Both the position numbers and the translations under genes were made by a program. A model generated the notes under the pieces. That model saw only the letters and a program-made list of their open reading frames with translations, did no database searches and had not been told where the DNA came from. A stretch of 64,000 bases of DNA, taken from Actinomycetes bacterium (GTDB lineage: Bacteria; Actinomycetota; Acidimicrobiia; Acidimicrobiales; SZUA-35). Location of the stretch: positions 9,064 to 73,063 of the forward strand of contig JAJRQY010000125.1 in NCBI GenBank assembly GCA_024280015.1, in the 5' to 3' direction. Of this stretch, positions 8,675 to 18,443 are shown piece after piece. Each line of letters opens with the position of its first letter. Position 1 is the first letter of the stretch.

Positions 8675-11194
8675 ATGAGTGACTTCCCGTCAAAAGCGAA
8701 CGTCGTTATTATAGGTGCCGGCATTGTTGGCAACTGCCTTGTTGGCCACCTGGCCCGCCTCGGCTGGACTGACATGGTCCTGCTCGATAAGGGTCCTTTG
8801 CCCAACCCCGGCGGCTCCACTGGGCACGCCTCCAACTTCATCTTCCCGGTTGACCACAACAAGGAAATGGCCCTGTTGGGTGAGCAAAGCGCTAACCAGT
8901 ATCGAGACATGGACCTCTCCACCGACTCGGGCGGCATCGAGGTTGCTCGGACGCAAGCTCGCATGGATGAGTTCAAGCGCCGCATGACCTCAGCCAAATC
9001 CTGGGGCATTGAAGCCCACCTCTTGACCCCAGCCGAAATCAAGGAGCTTGTCCCCTTCATCAATGATGACGTCATCCTTGGCGGTTTCTATTGTCCGACG
9101 GTGTCTGTCGTCGACTCCCTGGAAACCGGAACCGTGATGCGCAAGGAGGCCATCGAGACCTCTGGCCTTCAGGTCTTTGCCAATACCGAAGTGCTGGATC
9201 TGATCACCGAAGAAGGCCCGCATGACCTGAAGACCATCAAGGGTGTCGTCACCGACAAGGGGACAATCGAAGCCGACTATGTGGTCATCGCCTGTGGTGT
9301 TTGGTCCAACCGGATCGCCAACATGGCCGGAGCCCGAATTCCGCTGGTGCCAGCCGTTCACCAGATGGCCGATGTTGGCCCAATGGACATCCTGGCCGAA
9401 ACCAACAATGAGATTGGCTACCCGATTGTCCGAGACATGGACACCTTCTGCTACGAACGCCAGTCCTCTGGCTCGATGGAAGTCGGTTCCTACGCCCACA
9501 AGCCAATCTTCATGCATCCTGATGAGATTCCTTCCAACGATGCTGCCGCCCTCTCACCAACCGAAATGCCCTTCACTCCCGACGACTTCGATCAGCAGAT
9601 GGAAGAAGCCATCGAGTTGATGGACATGCTCGGTGATGCCGAGATCAAGTACGCCATCAACGGCTTGCTTTCACTTACTCCTGACGCCATGCCCTGTCTT
9701 GGCGAGATGCCCGAGGTGGTAAACCTATGGTCAGCCGCCGCGGTCTGGGTCAAGGAAGGACCTGGCATGGCCCAGGTCGTTGCCGAGTGGATGACCCACG
9801 GCTATCCCCGAGTCATCGACGTACATGGCGCCGACATCGCCCGCTTCTATGACTGGGAGAAGAGCGACGAGCACATCTGGGCCCGCTCGGCCGAACACTT
9901 CAACAAGACCTATGGCATTGTTCACCCAAGCGAGCAGTGGGAGAGTCGTCGTGGCCTGGCCAAGAGCCCCTTCTACTCCCGCGAAGAAGCCTTGGGAGCT
10001 GAGTTCTACGACGCTCGCGGTTGGGAACGGCCCCAGTGGTACAACTCCAACGCTGACCTGGTCGAGCGCTACGGGCTGTCCGAACGCGAGGTCGAGTGGG
10101 ACAACCGCTGGTGGTCGCCCATCATTGACGGCGAACTTCTCAACCTGCGGGAGAACGCAGCAATAGTCGACCTCAGCGCCTTCCAGATCTTTGAGCTTTC
10201 CGGACCAGGGGCCGTTGCCTTTGCCGAATACCTGGCGGTCAACAAGGTGGACAAGCCAGTCGGCTCCTCCACCTATACTCCCTTCCTTACCCCTGATGGC
10301 GGCTTCCACTCTGACCTCACCATGATGCGGGTGGCCGAGGACACCATCCGGATTGCCACTGGCGCTTTTGATGGCGGCCGAGACAAGTTCTGGATCAAGA
10401 AGTACATGCCGACCGACGGCTCAGTCACCTTCACTGACCTGACGCAGGACGTCACCACCATTGGTGTCTGGGGCCCGAATGCCCCCGCCATCGTTGGCAA
10501 GTTGACCGACCAAGACCTCTCCCAGGATGGCTCCAAGTACGGCTCCTACATCAACGCCGAGGTTGCCGGTGTTGCCTGCAGCCTGTTCCGTATCTCCTAT
10601 GTCGGTGACACCGGCTGGGAAATCTACACCTCCTGGGAGGACGGCCCCGCCTTGTGGGATGCCCTAACTGAAGCCGGAGCCGATCTTGGAATGCGACCGG
10701 CCGGTATTGGTGTCTATGGCACTGCCGGGCGCCTGGAAAAGGGCTATCGCCTCATGGGCGCCGAGCTCGAGAGTGAGTACAACCCGGTCGAAGCCGGACT
10801 GGCTCGACCCAAGGTCAAGGCCGCCGGCTTCATTGGCAAGGAGGCCTACCTGGCCGCTCGTGAAGCTGGTCCATTGGCCACCATGTGCACCTTCGCCGTG
10901 GAGGATCACACCGATTCTCAGGGCCGGAAACGCTTCATGCAGGGTGGAAACGAACCAATCCTGACCCTTGAGGGTGAACGTATTGTTGACACCCACGGCC
11001 GGGTCAGTCGGGTTACTACCGCGGGCAATGGTGCGGCCTACGGCAAATACCTGCTGCTTGGGTACCTGCCGACGGATCTAGCCGTTGTTGGCAACGAGTT
11101 CCAGGTCATGTACATGAACGAACTGTTCCCAATCACCGTAGTTGCCACTACCGGAGCGGTCTTTGATCCAGACGACACCCGGCTTAAGGGCTAG
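8675..11194 (+). CDS. GcvT-family FAD-dependent oxidoreductase/aminomethyltransferase (dimethylglycine/sarcosine dehydrogenase-like)
   Basis: GAGIVG dinucleotide motif, GGSTGHAS (covalent-FAD His position) and a C-terminal folate-binding GcvT domain (ISYVGDTGWEIY, GRLEKGYRLMG). Adjacent to etfBA, fhs and metF. Confidence 0.9.
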   Translation: MSDFPSKANVVIIGAGIVGNCLVGHLARLGWTDMVLLDKGPLPNPGGSTGHASNFIFPVDHNKEMALLGEQSANQYRDMDLSTDSGGIEVARTQARMDEFKRRMTSAKSWGIEAHLLTPAEIKELVPFINDDVILGGFYCPTVSVVDSLETGTVMRKEAIETSGLQVFANTEVLDLITEEGPHDLKTIKGVVTDKGTIEADYVVIACGVWSNRIANMAGARIPLVPAVHQMADVGPMDILAETNNEIGYPIVRDMDTFCYERQSSGSMEVGSYAHKPIFMHPDEIPSNDAAALSPTEMPFTPDDFDQQMEEAIELMDMLGDAEIKYAINGLLSLTPDAMPCLGEMPEVVNLWSAAAVWVKEGPGMAQVVAEWMTHGYPRVIDVHGADIARFYDWEKSDEHIWARSAEHFNKTYGIVHPSEQWESRRGLAKSPFYSREEALGAEFYDARGWERPQWYNSNADLVERYGLSEREVEWDNRWWSPIIDGELLNLRENAAIVDLSAFQIFELSGPGAVAFAEYLAVNKVDKPVGSSTYTPFLTPDGGFHSDLTMMRVAEDTIRIATGAFDGGRDKFWIKKYMPTDGSVTFTDLTQDVTTIGVWGPNAPAIVGKLTDQDLSQDGSKYGSYINAEVAGVACSLFRISYVGDTGWEIYTSWEDGPALWDALTEAGADLGMRPAGIGVYGTAGRLEKGYRLMGAELESEYNPVEAGLARPKVKAAGFIGKEAYLAAREAGPLATMCTFAVEDHTDSQGRKRFMQGGNEPILTLEGERIVDTHGRVSRVTTAGNGAAYGKYLLLGYLPTDLAVVGNEFQVMYMNELFPITVVATTGAVFDPDDTRLKG

Positions 11195-11218
11195 CGGGAA
11201 TAGCAGAGGACAGCAATC

Positions 11219-11986
11219 ATGAGAATCCTTGTTTGTGTGAAGCGGGTGCCTTCACCAGGTGCCAAGATCAATGTGAGTGAAGATGGCCAATCGGTCGACA
11301 CCACCAACCTTGGTTTCACCACCAGCCCACACGAAGAATGTGCCCTGGAAGAGGCGGTGCAGATCGCCGAACGAGAAGAGGGCGTGGTTGCGGTGCTGAC
11401 CCTGGGACCAGCTGAGGCCGAAGAGCAACTTCGCTATGCCGCCAGCGTTGGAGCAACCGAGATCATCCTGATCCCAACCGATGGTTCGGATTGGGATCCA
11501 CAACGGACTGCTTCAGCAATAGCGGCAGCTATCGAGGACAGTGAGTCCGAGCACGGCACCTATGACCTGATTCTGTTTGGCAACGAAAGCGCCGATGCCG
11601 GTGGCTTCCAGGTTGGCATTCGTGTGGCGAACAAGCTTGGTCGCCCCATGGTGAACGGCATCAAGGGCATCGACCTGGAGGGTGACGAGGTCGTTGCTCG
11701 CCGGGAGGTCGATGGTGGCTTTGAGGTGTATCGAATGCCACGCCCGGCCATGTTGGGAATCAAGGAGGGGATCAACCTGCCCCGTTATCCAACCATGCGG
11801 GGACGCTTAGCTTCCAAGAAGGTCGAACTCAGTCAGAGCGAGGTCGATGGTTCATTGGGTGATCAGGGCTCGGTTCGGCTTCATCAGCCAACCGAGACCG
11901 TCTCGGAGACCGTCATTCTGGGAACCGACGAGTCCGCCGCTGCCGCGGTTGTTGACATGTTGGAAGAAATCGGAGTGCTGTCATGA
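11219..11986 (+). CDS. etfB: Electron transfer flavoprotein beta subunit
   Basis: ILVCVKRVP, ECALEEA, ILFGNESADAGGFQVG and INLPRYPT. Confidence 0.93.
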   Translation: MRILVCVKRVPSPGAKINVSEDGQSVDTTNLGFTTSPHEECALEEAVQIAEREEGVVAVLTLGPAEAEEQLRYAASVGATEIILIPTDGSDWDPQRTASAIAAAIEDSESEHGTYDLILFGNESADAGGFQVGIRVANKLGRPMVNGIKGIDLEGDEVVARREVDGGFEVYRMPRPAMLGIKEGINLPRYPTMRGRLASKKVELSQSEVDGSLGDQGSVRLHQPTETVSETVILGTDESAAAAVVDMLEEIGVLS

Positions 11987-12960
11987 CCTTGCTCGTTGTT
12001 CTTGAACACGATCGTGGAACTTGGAACGATGCCAACGACGAGGCACTCACCGCCGGCCGTCAGTTGGCTTCGGATATGGATGCTGCGCTCCACGTCGCCA
12101 TCATCGGTGATGGCGCCGATGGGCTAGCCGAGCAAGCCGCCGCCGGTGGTGCCGCCATTGTTCATGTGGTGAGTGATCCTCTCCTCACTGACTACGGGCC
12201 TGAGGCCTATGGGCAGTCTGTGGTTGCGTTGATTGAAGACTGTGAACCTGATGCGGTCATGGCCATTGGCACCGATCGTGGCAATGAGGTCATGGCCCAG
12301 GTTGGTGCCCGTGCCGATCTTGGCTTTGTCGCCAACTGTCTATCTGTCGATCCTTCTGATGATGACACCTGGACCATGACTCGAGCCCAGTGGGGTGGCT
12401 CGCTTCTGGAAGATGCCACCCTTACTGGTGACGTAAAGCTGCTCACCTACGGCCACCATGTGGTTGCGGCCCAAGAGTGCACTGAACCCGGTGCCGGTGA
12501 AGTCGAAGAGTTCGAGCCGGACCTTGATGACGAGCTTGGGAGGACCGTTGTTGTTGATCGTCAGGTTCTGACCAGTGGCGTGACGTTGGCTACTGCCCCC
12601 GTCGTTGTTTCTGGTGGTCGCGGCGTCGGTTCCGAAGACGGATTCGGGATCCTAGAAGAGCTGGCTGATCTACTTGGCGGCCGTGTCGGTTGTTCCCGAG
12701 CCGTCACCAACAATGGTTGGCGCAATCACTCCGACCAGGTCGGACAGACCGGCACCAGGATTGCCCCCGAGATCTATATCGCCACCGGCATTTCTGGGGC
12801 TATCCAGCATTGGGTTGGAGCTGCTGCGTCCAAGCGCATCCTGGCCATCAATACCGATCCTGAAGCCAACATGGTGGTCAAGGCCGACTACGCCGTCATC
12901 GGGGACCTCCACAAGGTCGTGCCTGCTATTTCCGCCGAGATTCGTGGGCGCCAGCCCTAA
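11983..12960 (+). CDS. etfA: Electron transfer flavoprotein alpha subunit
   Basis: VVVSGGRGVGS, VGCSRA, QVGQTG, YIATGISGAIQHWVG and AINTDPEA. ATGA overlap with etfB. Confidence 0.95.
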   Translation: MTLLVVLEHDRGTWNDANDEALTAGRQLASDMDAALHVAIIGDGADGLAEQAAAGGAAIVHVVSDPLLTDYGPEAYGQSVVALIEDCEPDAVMAIGTDRGNEVMAQVGARADLGFVANCLSVDPSDDDTWTMTRAQWGGSLLEDATLTGDVKLLTYGHHVVAAQECTEPGAGEVEEFEPDLDDELGRTVVVDRQVLTSGVTLATAPVVVSGGRGVGSEDGFGILEELADLLGGRVGCSRAVTNNGWRNHSDQVGQTGTRIAPEIYIATGISGAIQHWVGAAASKRILAINTDPEANMVVKADYAVIGDLHKVVPAISAEIRGRQP

Positions 12961-12997
12961 CCCCAAAAGCCAAACGTTGCCGCCCCACAGCGTCGCT

Positions 12998-13045
12998 TTC
13001 TGGCACCGGTACAACACGTATATGGAGGCTGTACCGGTGCCAGAA
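12998..13045. terminator. Perfect 16-bp inverted repeat between convergent etfA and lysR (probable bidirectional terminator)
   Basis: ttctggcaccggtaca (12998-13013) pairs with tgtaccggtgccagaa (13030-13045) around a 16-nt loop. Confidence 0.65.
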
Positions 13046-13054
13046 GGTTTCTTG

Positions 13055-13918
13055 CTAGCCCTGGCCGAGCAGCTCTTTGAGTTCAACCACGATCAAATCC
13101 AAGAGTGCACGGGTTCGAATGTCGTTGGCTTGTTCAGGAAGGGACACGGCTTCAATCTGAATGATCGACAGGGGCTCGTTTCCGCTTCGAAGGAGAAGTC
13201 CGTTGACTCTTGGTTGCTCACCAAGAAAGGCCGGAAGGACGCCAACCCCATCTCCTTCTAGGAGCGCATCGCGAACTGAGGTTCGGTCGTCCACTACTAC
13301 TGCGGCGGGAAGCAGCTCAGGCATTGTTGCCTGAAGGAGGGCCTCATCACCAGGAGCGGCGATGAGAGCTCTCGTGTCAGACCCAGAACCAGAGGTTTGG
13401 GTTCCCGCATAGAGCCAGAGAGGAACCTTGGCCAGGTGACGAACGGTGAGAGATGAGTCAGAAGTTGGCCCACGCTGAATGGCGATGTCGATCCGATCGC
13501 GAACCAGATCGACCGCCTCATTCTGGATGAGGATTTCCAGTCGAACGTCGGGGAGTTGGCGCCGGAACTCACTGATCACCGATCCACCGACCAGACGCCG
13601 CATGGGTATTGGAACCGAGACTCGCAAGGTGCCTTGGGGGCGGTGGCTTTGGATGCTTGCTCGCAGGGTGCGGGCCCCGGCCAGGAGAGGCTGGATCTGT
13701 CGAAGGAAGGATTCACCCTTGGTGGTTAGGGTCAGTTGTCGTGAACCTCGGACCATGAGTTGGTGACCAGCCTTGGCTTCCAGGGACGCCAACCAGCGGC
13801 TGGCAGTTGGTTTGGGAACCTGGAGGTCCTCGGCTGCTGCGGTGATGGTTCGCAGTTGAACCAGTCGGTCAAAGAAGATCAGGTCACGTAAGCGGATGTC
13901 ATCGAACTGGTCCAACAA
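13055..13918 (-). CDS. LysR family transcriptional regulator (CrgA/DmlR-like)
   Basis: TITAAAEDLQVPKPTASRWLASLEAKAGHQLMVRGSRQLTLTTKG HTH, plus PQGTLRVSVP and DLVRDRIDIAI. Confidence 0.9.
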   Translation of the reverse strand: MLDQFDDIRLRDLIFFDRLVQLRTITAAAEDLQVPKPTASRWLASLEAKAGHQLMVRGSRQLTLTTKGESFLRQIQPLLAGARTLRASIQSHRPQGTLRVSVPIPMRRLVGGSVISEFRRQLPDVRLEILIQNEAVDLVRDRIDIAIQRGPTSDSSLTVRHLAKVPLWLYAGTQTSGSGSDTRALIAAPGDEALLQATMPELLPAAVVVDDRTSVRDALLEGDGVGVLPAFLGEQPRVNGLLLRSGNEPLSIIQIEAVSLPEQANDIRTRALLDLIVVELKELLGQG

Positions 13919-14030
13919 GACGGTAGCCCCACCCAGGATAAGTCTCGAAAATCGAGCCCTTCGATCTCAATACTAGGCCTTTTTGTCTCAATAAGTTGAT
14001 CGTACACTGGTGATGATCCTGGAGGACCCG

Positions 14031-14942
14031 ATGAATAACACCAAGTTGATGATCACCGAGAACACTCGTGTTTCGGACATCCTGACCGAATATGGCGATA
14101 CTGCCGAGGTGATGGAAGCCTTCGGGGTGAGTCGTGTCGGCGGCATAGCCGTGAGAAAGACGGTGGGCCGATTACTCACGGTCAAGCGTGCGGCGAAGGT
14201 GCATCGTGTGCCGCTTAATGAGTTTCTTCCGATGGTGCAGCGTGCCGTTGGACAAGGCCCAACCGACTCCGAGGCTGACTCCGCAGGCAGCGTGGCGGAA
14301 GCGGCTGATGTTTCCTCAGACAGCGAACTGAGCCACGAGGAGTTCTCGGGCCGGAAGGGTCAAGTCGCTGCCTGGTTCTTGACCAGCCCGCTTCGTCGGG
14401 TTCTTGAATGGAAGATGGGTAAGCCCGAGGAGCGGTTGATGGAGTTCTTGCAGCTTTCTGGGGATGAGACGGTGCTGGATGCTGGCTGCGGCTCAGGGTT
14501 CCATAGCCTGTTGATGGCCGAGCAACTTCCAAAGGGCAAGGTCATCGCCGTCGACGTCTCGACGGAAATGCTGGACCAGCTTCGGAAGAACGCCAAGAAA
14601 GCCGGTGTGTCTGAACGGATCCAAGTTGTTCACGCCGACGGACTGCACTTGGACTTGGAAGACAATTCAGTAGACCGTGCCTTGAGTGCCGCTGTGTGGC
14701 ATCACTTGGATGATCCCCAAGGGGCCTGCAATGAGATGGCTCGAGTCGTTCGACCCGGTGGTCGAATTGTGGTGAGCGATCTCAAGATCGAGCCATCAAC
14801 CAAGGCTGTGGCTGGACTCAAGGGTCACGATCAGGCCTTCCAGGCCGAGGACATGAGCCGCATCATGAGCGAAGCTGGCCTGGACGACGTTCAGGTTGAA
14901 TTAGTCGGTCGTTGGCTGGTTGGTGTCGGCACGAAGCCCTGA
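14031..14942 (+). CDS. Class I SAM-dependent methyltransferase with N-terminal DUF1858-like domain
   Basis: The N-terminal ITENTRVSDILTEYGDTAEVMEAFG...TVKRAAKVHRVPLNEFL is DUF1858-like. Motif I VLDAGCGSG, then AVDVSTEML and RVVRPGGRIV. GGAGG RBS before ATG 14031. Confidence 0.8.
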   Translation: MNNTKLMITENTRVSDILTEYGDTAEVMEAFGVSRVGGIAVRKTVGRLLTVKRAAKVHRVPLNEFLPMVQRAVGQGPTDSEADSAGSVAEAADVSSDSELSHEEFSGRKGQVAAWFLTSPLRRVLEWKMGKPEERLMEFLQLSGDETVLDAGCGSGFHSLLMAEQLPKGKVIAVDVSTEMLDQLRKNAKKAGVSERIQVVHADGLHLDLEDNSVDRALSAAVWHHLDDPQGACNEMARVVRPGGRIVVSDLKIEPSTKAVAGLKGHDQAFQAEDMSRIMSEAGLDDVQVELVGRWLVGVGTKP

Positions 14943-17459
14943 CTGGCCATTGAGGTCGAATTGGGCACCGGTGATTCGTGGAATATCGAATCGGTTCTCG
15001 TACTCCTGAGAATCCAGAATGGCGTCGATGAGGCCAGTGAGTGAGAGACCATTTTCGATGGCATCTACCCAATAGGTGAATCCTGCCGGTTCTGGCGTTC
15101 GTGCCAAAAGGCTGAGGTAGGTAGCAGTTACTTGGGTAGTTGCCAGGGTCCGCTGAAGGTTCTCCGCTGACTCGGAGAAGGCGATCATCATGGACCCTCG
15201 GCCCAGCCCTTGCTCCAGTTGTTGTACCCAGTAGTTCGCCCCTGCTTCATCTGGTGTTCTCCCAAGGACATTCCGATAGACGAGATCAACGAACTGCTCG
15301 TTTTGGGTCGAGCCATAGGTCTGCTCGAACTCCGGAGAGGCGGCGAAGGCTCCAGAGATGTAGTCGAGACTGGCACCGCCTCGCCGTTGCTCAGTCCAGT
15401 ACCGAATGCCCTGTAGGTCTGGCATCCGTTCAAAGTATGCCCAGTAGAGTCGCGACACTGGGGCCACGGCTTGTCCAAATTCTGGGGAGTCGATGAAGAA
15501 CTCAACGAGGGCAGATTGTGGAATCTCGCCCCTCGCCATCTGGTTGCCCCAGTAGGAGATGCCTTCATGGTCCGGTGGGCGGCCCAGGACGTCTCGGTAC
15601 TGCTGGATAACGAACTGATAGACACTGTCGAGCGGGTGGTAGTAGACGTCCCTTACGACGAAGTAGGCAATGTCGTTTCGTAGCGGAACGATGTTGTACT
15701 CGCCGTCAACCTCCGTGGACCATATTCCGGTGTGAAGATCGACCTCGGAAATGCTGGTACCGACGGCATAGGGGGCTCGGGCTGCTCGCAGGACGCAGTC
15801 GCCGGTGACGGCGTTGGTGAACCGATGGAAGCCCCCGAACGGGACCCTGACCTGCTCGGAGCGGCCGGGACAGGCAAGCTCAACCTCACGAGAAGTACCT
15901 TCGTCGGTGGTCTGGAATACACCGACCCAGAGAGGAACCTGGTTCCCGGACGGATTGAGAACTACTCCCCACTGTTCGCCTGCTGGACCAACACCGAACT
16001 CTGGTTGCTCAACAATCCAGACGTCAATAATTCGACCGTCTATGACTGGACCGAAGGTCGTAAGGGGGCTACCTCCCCCACTCGAGCGATCGACCTTGCA
16101 TGAAGAATCGACTACTGGGTGATAGAAAAGGGTGTCCCCGGGGGCGACCGTTGGATAGTCGTCAATGTTCTTGGCCGGATCCTGCGCTCCGGTGCAGGTG
16201 ACGTGGATGATTCGGGAGGTTGCGACCGTGTCGCCGGGGGCCGCTTCGACAACGATACTCAGATCTGCTCGGGCAGGTCCCAAGCCGACAGTAAGTGTGT
16301 GGTCGGCGTGGTCGACTAGTGATGAGCCGTCAGCGAAGTCGATACCGATGTCGTAGGTCCCGAGCGGTAGCGCCGGGGGAGTGAATTGGACACCGCGGTC
16401 CACTCGTTCAAAGGAGACAACTTGGCCATCGATTCTCAAAGCAGTCGGTATCGAGTCGGTCCATAGTTCGAGTGTCGTGAGTTGGGGGAAGTCGATCTCA
16501 GCTTCGGGCGGAGTGATCTTGACGATTGCAGCTTCTCCAGAGATCGACTGCCAGTTCGCCGGGTGGTGGAGATTGAGGAGGGCGGCAAAGGGAGCGGCCC
16601 GAACAGCAATACCGTGTGCTGACGCGGGCAACGAGTAGACGGCGTCGGCCTTTCCGGTCAGGTAGTCAGTGACAAAGACTTCAGAGATTCGCGTCTCCTC
16701 GTTGAACCCGACACCAACAAACCGGTCTCCGGCGAGCAGAACGGTGGATGACGTGGAGTGGATTCTTGTGACCTCTCGAACGACGGATAGATCGCTGGGC
16801 TTGAGCGTGACAATGGAGTTACCGCTGATCGCGTAGAGACGGTCGCCAGTCTCATTGAAGACGACCTTGCGAGGCAAGGTTGATCCAAGTTCGATGGGGG
16901 TTGCACCCGATACGTCAAAGACGCGGAGCAGACCGTTTGCCTCCTCGACGTAGAGATGGCCGGGTTGACCGGAGTGGCTCAGAAGCACTACCGGTGAGAT
17001 GTCAAGAAGCTCGGTTCGAAGCTCACCCGTTGTCAGGTTCAAGGTGCCGAGTGAGCTATGAAAATCGCCGTGCAGAGCGAACCAGAGTTGTCCGTCAACA
17101 ATGGTGCAGTCGTCGGAATGGAGAAGAGGCATACCTGCCACGTTCTGAACTACCGCAAGCGTGGACGCCTGGCGGACCTCCAACCCTCCGCCAGCCGAGC
17201 AGTAGATCAAATAGCCTTGGCTGTATTGCCAATTGCCAACTGGCAGGACTGCAATTTCGGAACCGTCCGCCAGATCTACTATGACGTTCTTGTTGCTGTG
17301 GCCGACGAGGACTCCATCTTGCTCGGGAACGTAGTCGCCGATCTGGGAGTAGGAAATGGAGAGCTCGACCAGGCGCTCAGGTCCTTGGGCTCCCGCTGAT
17401 GTCGTCAGCCAGATGCTGATGACACCAATGACAATTGTGAAGATCGAGCGGCGCCGCAT
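14901..17459 (-). CDS. Secreted cell-surface protein: beta-propeller + Ig-like domains + C-terminal DUF4214 repeats
   Basis: Signal peptide. The C-terminus has repeated QYRDVLGRPPDHEGISYW, RLYWAYFERMPDLQGIRYW, FVDLVYRNVLGRTPDEAGANYW and FSESAE motifs of DUF4214. Confidence 0.8.
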   Translation of the reverse strand: MRRRSIFTIVIGVISIWLTTSAGAQGPERLVELSISYSQIGDYVPEQDGVLVGHSNKNVIVDLADGSEIAVLPVGNWQYSQGYLIYCSAGGGLEVRQASTLAVVQNVAGMPLLHSDDCTIVDGQLWFALHGDFHSSLGTLNLTTGELRTELLDISPVVLLSHSGQPGHLYVEEANGLLRVFDVSGATPIELGSTLPRKVVFNETGDRLYAISGNSIVTLKPSDLSVVREVTRIHSTSSTVLLAGDRFVGVGFNEETRISEVFVTDYLTGKADAVYSLPASAHGIAVRAAPFAALLNLHHPANWQSISGEAAIVKITPPEAEIDFPQLTTLELWTDSIPTALRIDGQVVSFERVDRGVQFTPPALPLGTYDIGIDFADGSSLVDHADHTLTVGLGPARADLSIVVEAAPGDTVATSRIIHVTCTGAQDPAKNIDDYPTVAPGDTLFYHPVVDSSCKVDRSSGGGSPLTTFGPVIDGRIIDVWIVEQPEFGVGPAGEQWGVVLNPSGNQVPLWVGVFQTTDEGTSREVELACPGRSEQVRVPFGGFHRFTNAVTGDCVLRAARAPYAVGTSISEVDLHTGIWSTEVDGEYNIVPLRNDIAYFVVRDVYYHPLDSVYQFVIQQYRDVLGRPPDHEGISYWGNQMARGEIPQSALVEFFIDSPEFGQAVAPVSRLYWAYFERMPDLQGIRYWTEQRRGGASLDYISGAFAASPEFEQTYGSTQNEQFVDLVYRNVLGRTPDEAGANYWVQQLEQGLGRGSMMIAFSESAENLQRTLATTQVTATYLSLLARTPEPAGFTYWVDAIENGLSLTGLIDAILDSQEYENRFDIPRITGAQFDLNGQSGLRADTNQPTTD

Positions 17460-17503
17460 CGGTTAAGCGTGCCACGTCCAGTTCTAGGGAACAGGCATGG
17501 GGA

Positions 17504-18268
17504 CTAGAGGGTTTCGTCGAACCACTCAACGATTGTTGCCAGTGCGTCCTCAGCCGCTGGCCTTGGACCGAGCAGGTGACCACCAGTTTCGGGGGTATGG
17601 AACTTCTTTGGCTCGCTGGCAGCGGCATACATCTGCTCGCCCTGAGCGAACTCGACGACCTCATCATCTTGCACATGGAAGATCAGGTAGGGCCGGTCGA
17701 GTTCGGCTGCCCGTGCCAGCACATCATGGTTGTCGAGATCATCGACAAAGCCCCGGTCGAGGGCAAAAACGCGACCGCCAAGACTGACCTCGCTGGTCCC
17801 ATCCCCGCCAGGGCAGGTCGTGATCAGGTGACGAATGTGGTTCACATTGCTGGGTGCTCCAATGGTGACCAATGAGCGAACGGTCTTGAGTTTGTGAGCG
17901 GCGAGCACCGCGGCCGCTCCGCCGAGACTGTGGCCGATCAGGCCGCAGGGTCCGTAGCCTCGCTCAATCAAGATGGTGGCGGCTCGCACCAGGTCAGACA
18001 CATTGCCGCTCACGGTCTTTTGGGAAAAGTCGCCACCGGACTCACCCAGACCAGTGAAGTCGAAACGCAGGGCGGCATATCCTGCCTCGGCCAGGCCTTT
18101 GGCTAGCCGCGTCATTGTGTGCAGGTCTTTCGAGCAGGTGAAACAGTGAGCCATGAGCACACTGCCCTTGGCCTGCCCGACCGGAGTGTGCAAGACACCA
18201 GCCAGTTCATGGCCGCGGCTTCCAACAAATCGAAGCGTCTCGGGCTTGGGCGGTCGTGGTGTGCTCAT
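17504..18268 (-). CDS. Alpha/beta hydrolase (family of the hydrolase/OsmC N-terminal domain)
   Basis: AHCFTCSKD, LRFDFTGLGESGGDF and nucleophile GHSLGG. AGGAA RBS before ATG 18268. Confidence 0.85.
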   Translation of the reverse strand: MSTPRPPKPETLRFVGSRGHELAGVLHTPVGQAKGSVLMAHCFTCSKDLHTMTRLAKGLAEAGYAALRFDFTGLGESGGDFSQKTVSGNVSDLVRAATILIERGYGPCGLIGHSLGGAAAVLAAHKLKTVRSLVTIGAPSNVNHIRHLITTCPGGDGTSEVSLGGRVFALDRGFVDDLDNHDVLARAAELDRPYLIFHVQDDEVVEFAQGEQMYAAASEPKKFHTPETGGHLLGPRPAAEDALATIVEWFDETL

Positions 18269-18443
18269 GGTGATTCCTGCCTGGTCTGTTGGGCAATGGT
18301 AGAACAACGAGGTGACCCGAATGTCAACCCACTGGGGTGGCGCGTTCTTCCGTGTCGATTCAGAGAACCAGGGAACCAGCTGGTCTGCGTATCGAAAATG
18401 ATTGAGCCGGGTTGTGATGGGCCGATCGAGGTCAGATCCGAAC

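Noticed and set aside
12674-13261. ORF 12674-13261 (+), including an ATG at 13022 with a GGAGG-like context
   Set aside because: It overlaps etfA in another frame and the lysR 3' end antisense. The GGAGG lies inside the hairpin loop and after the ATG. The product has no recognisable features.
14031-14942. Arsenite methyltransferase (ArsM)
   Set aside because: It lacks the multiple conserved Cys residues of ArsM, and there are no ars genes or ArsR nearby.
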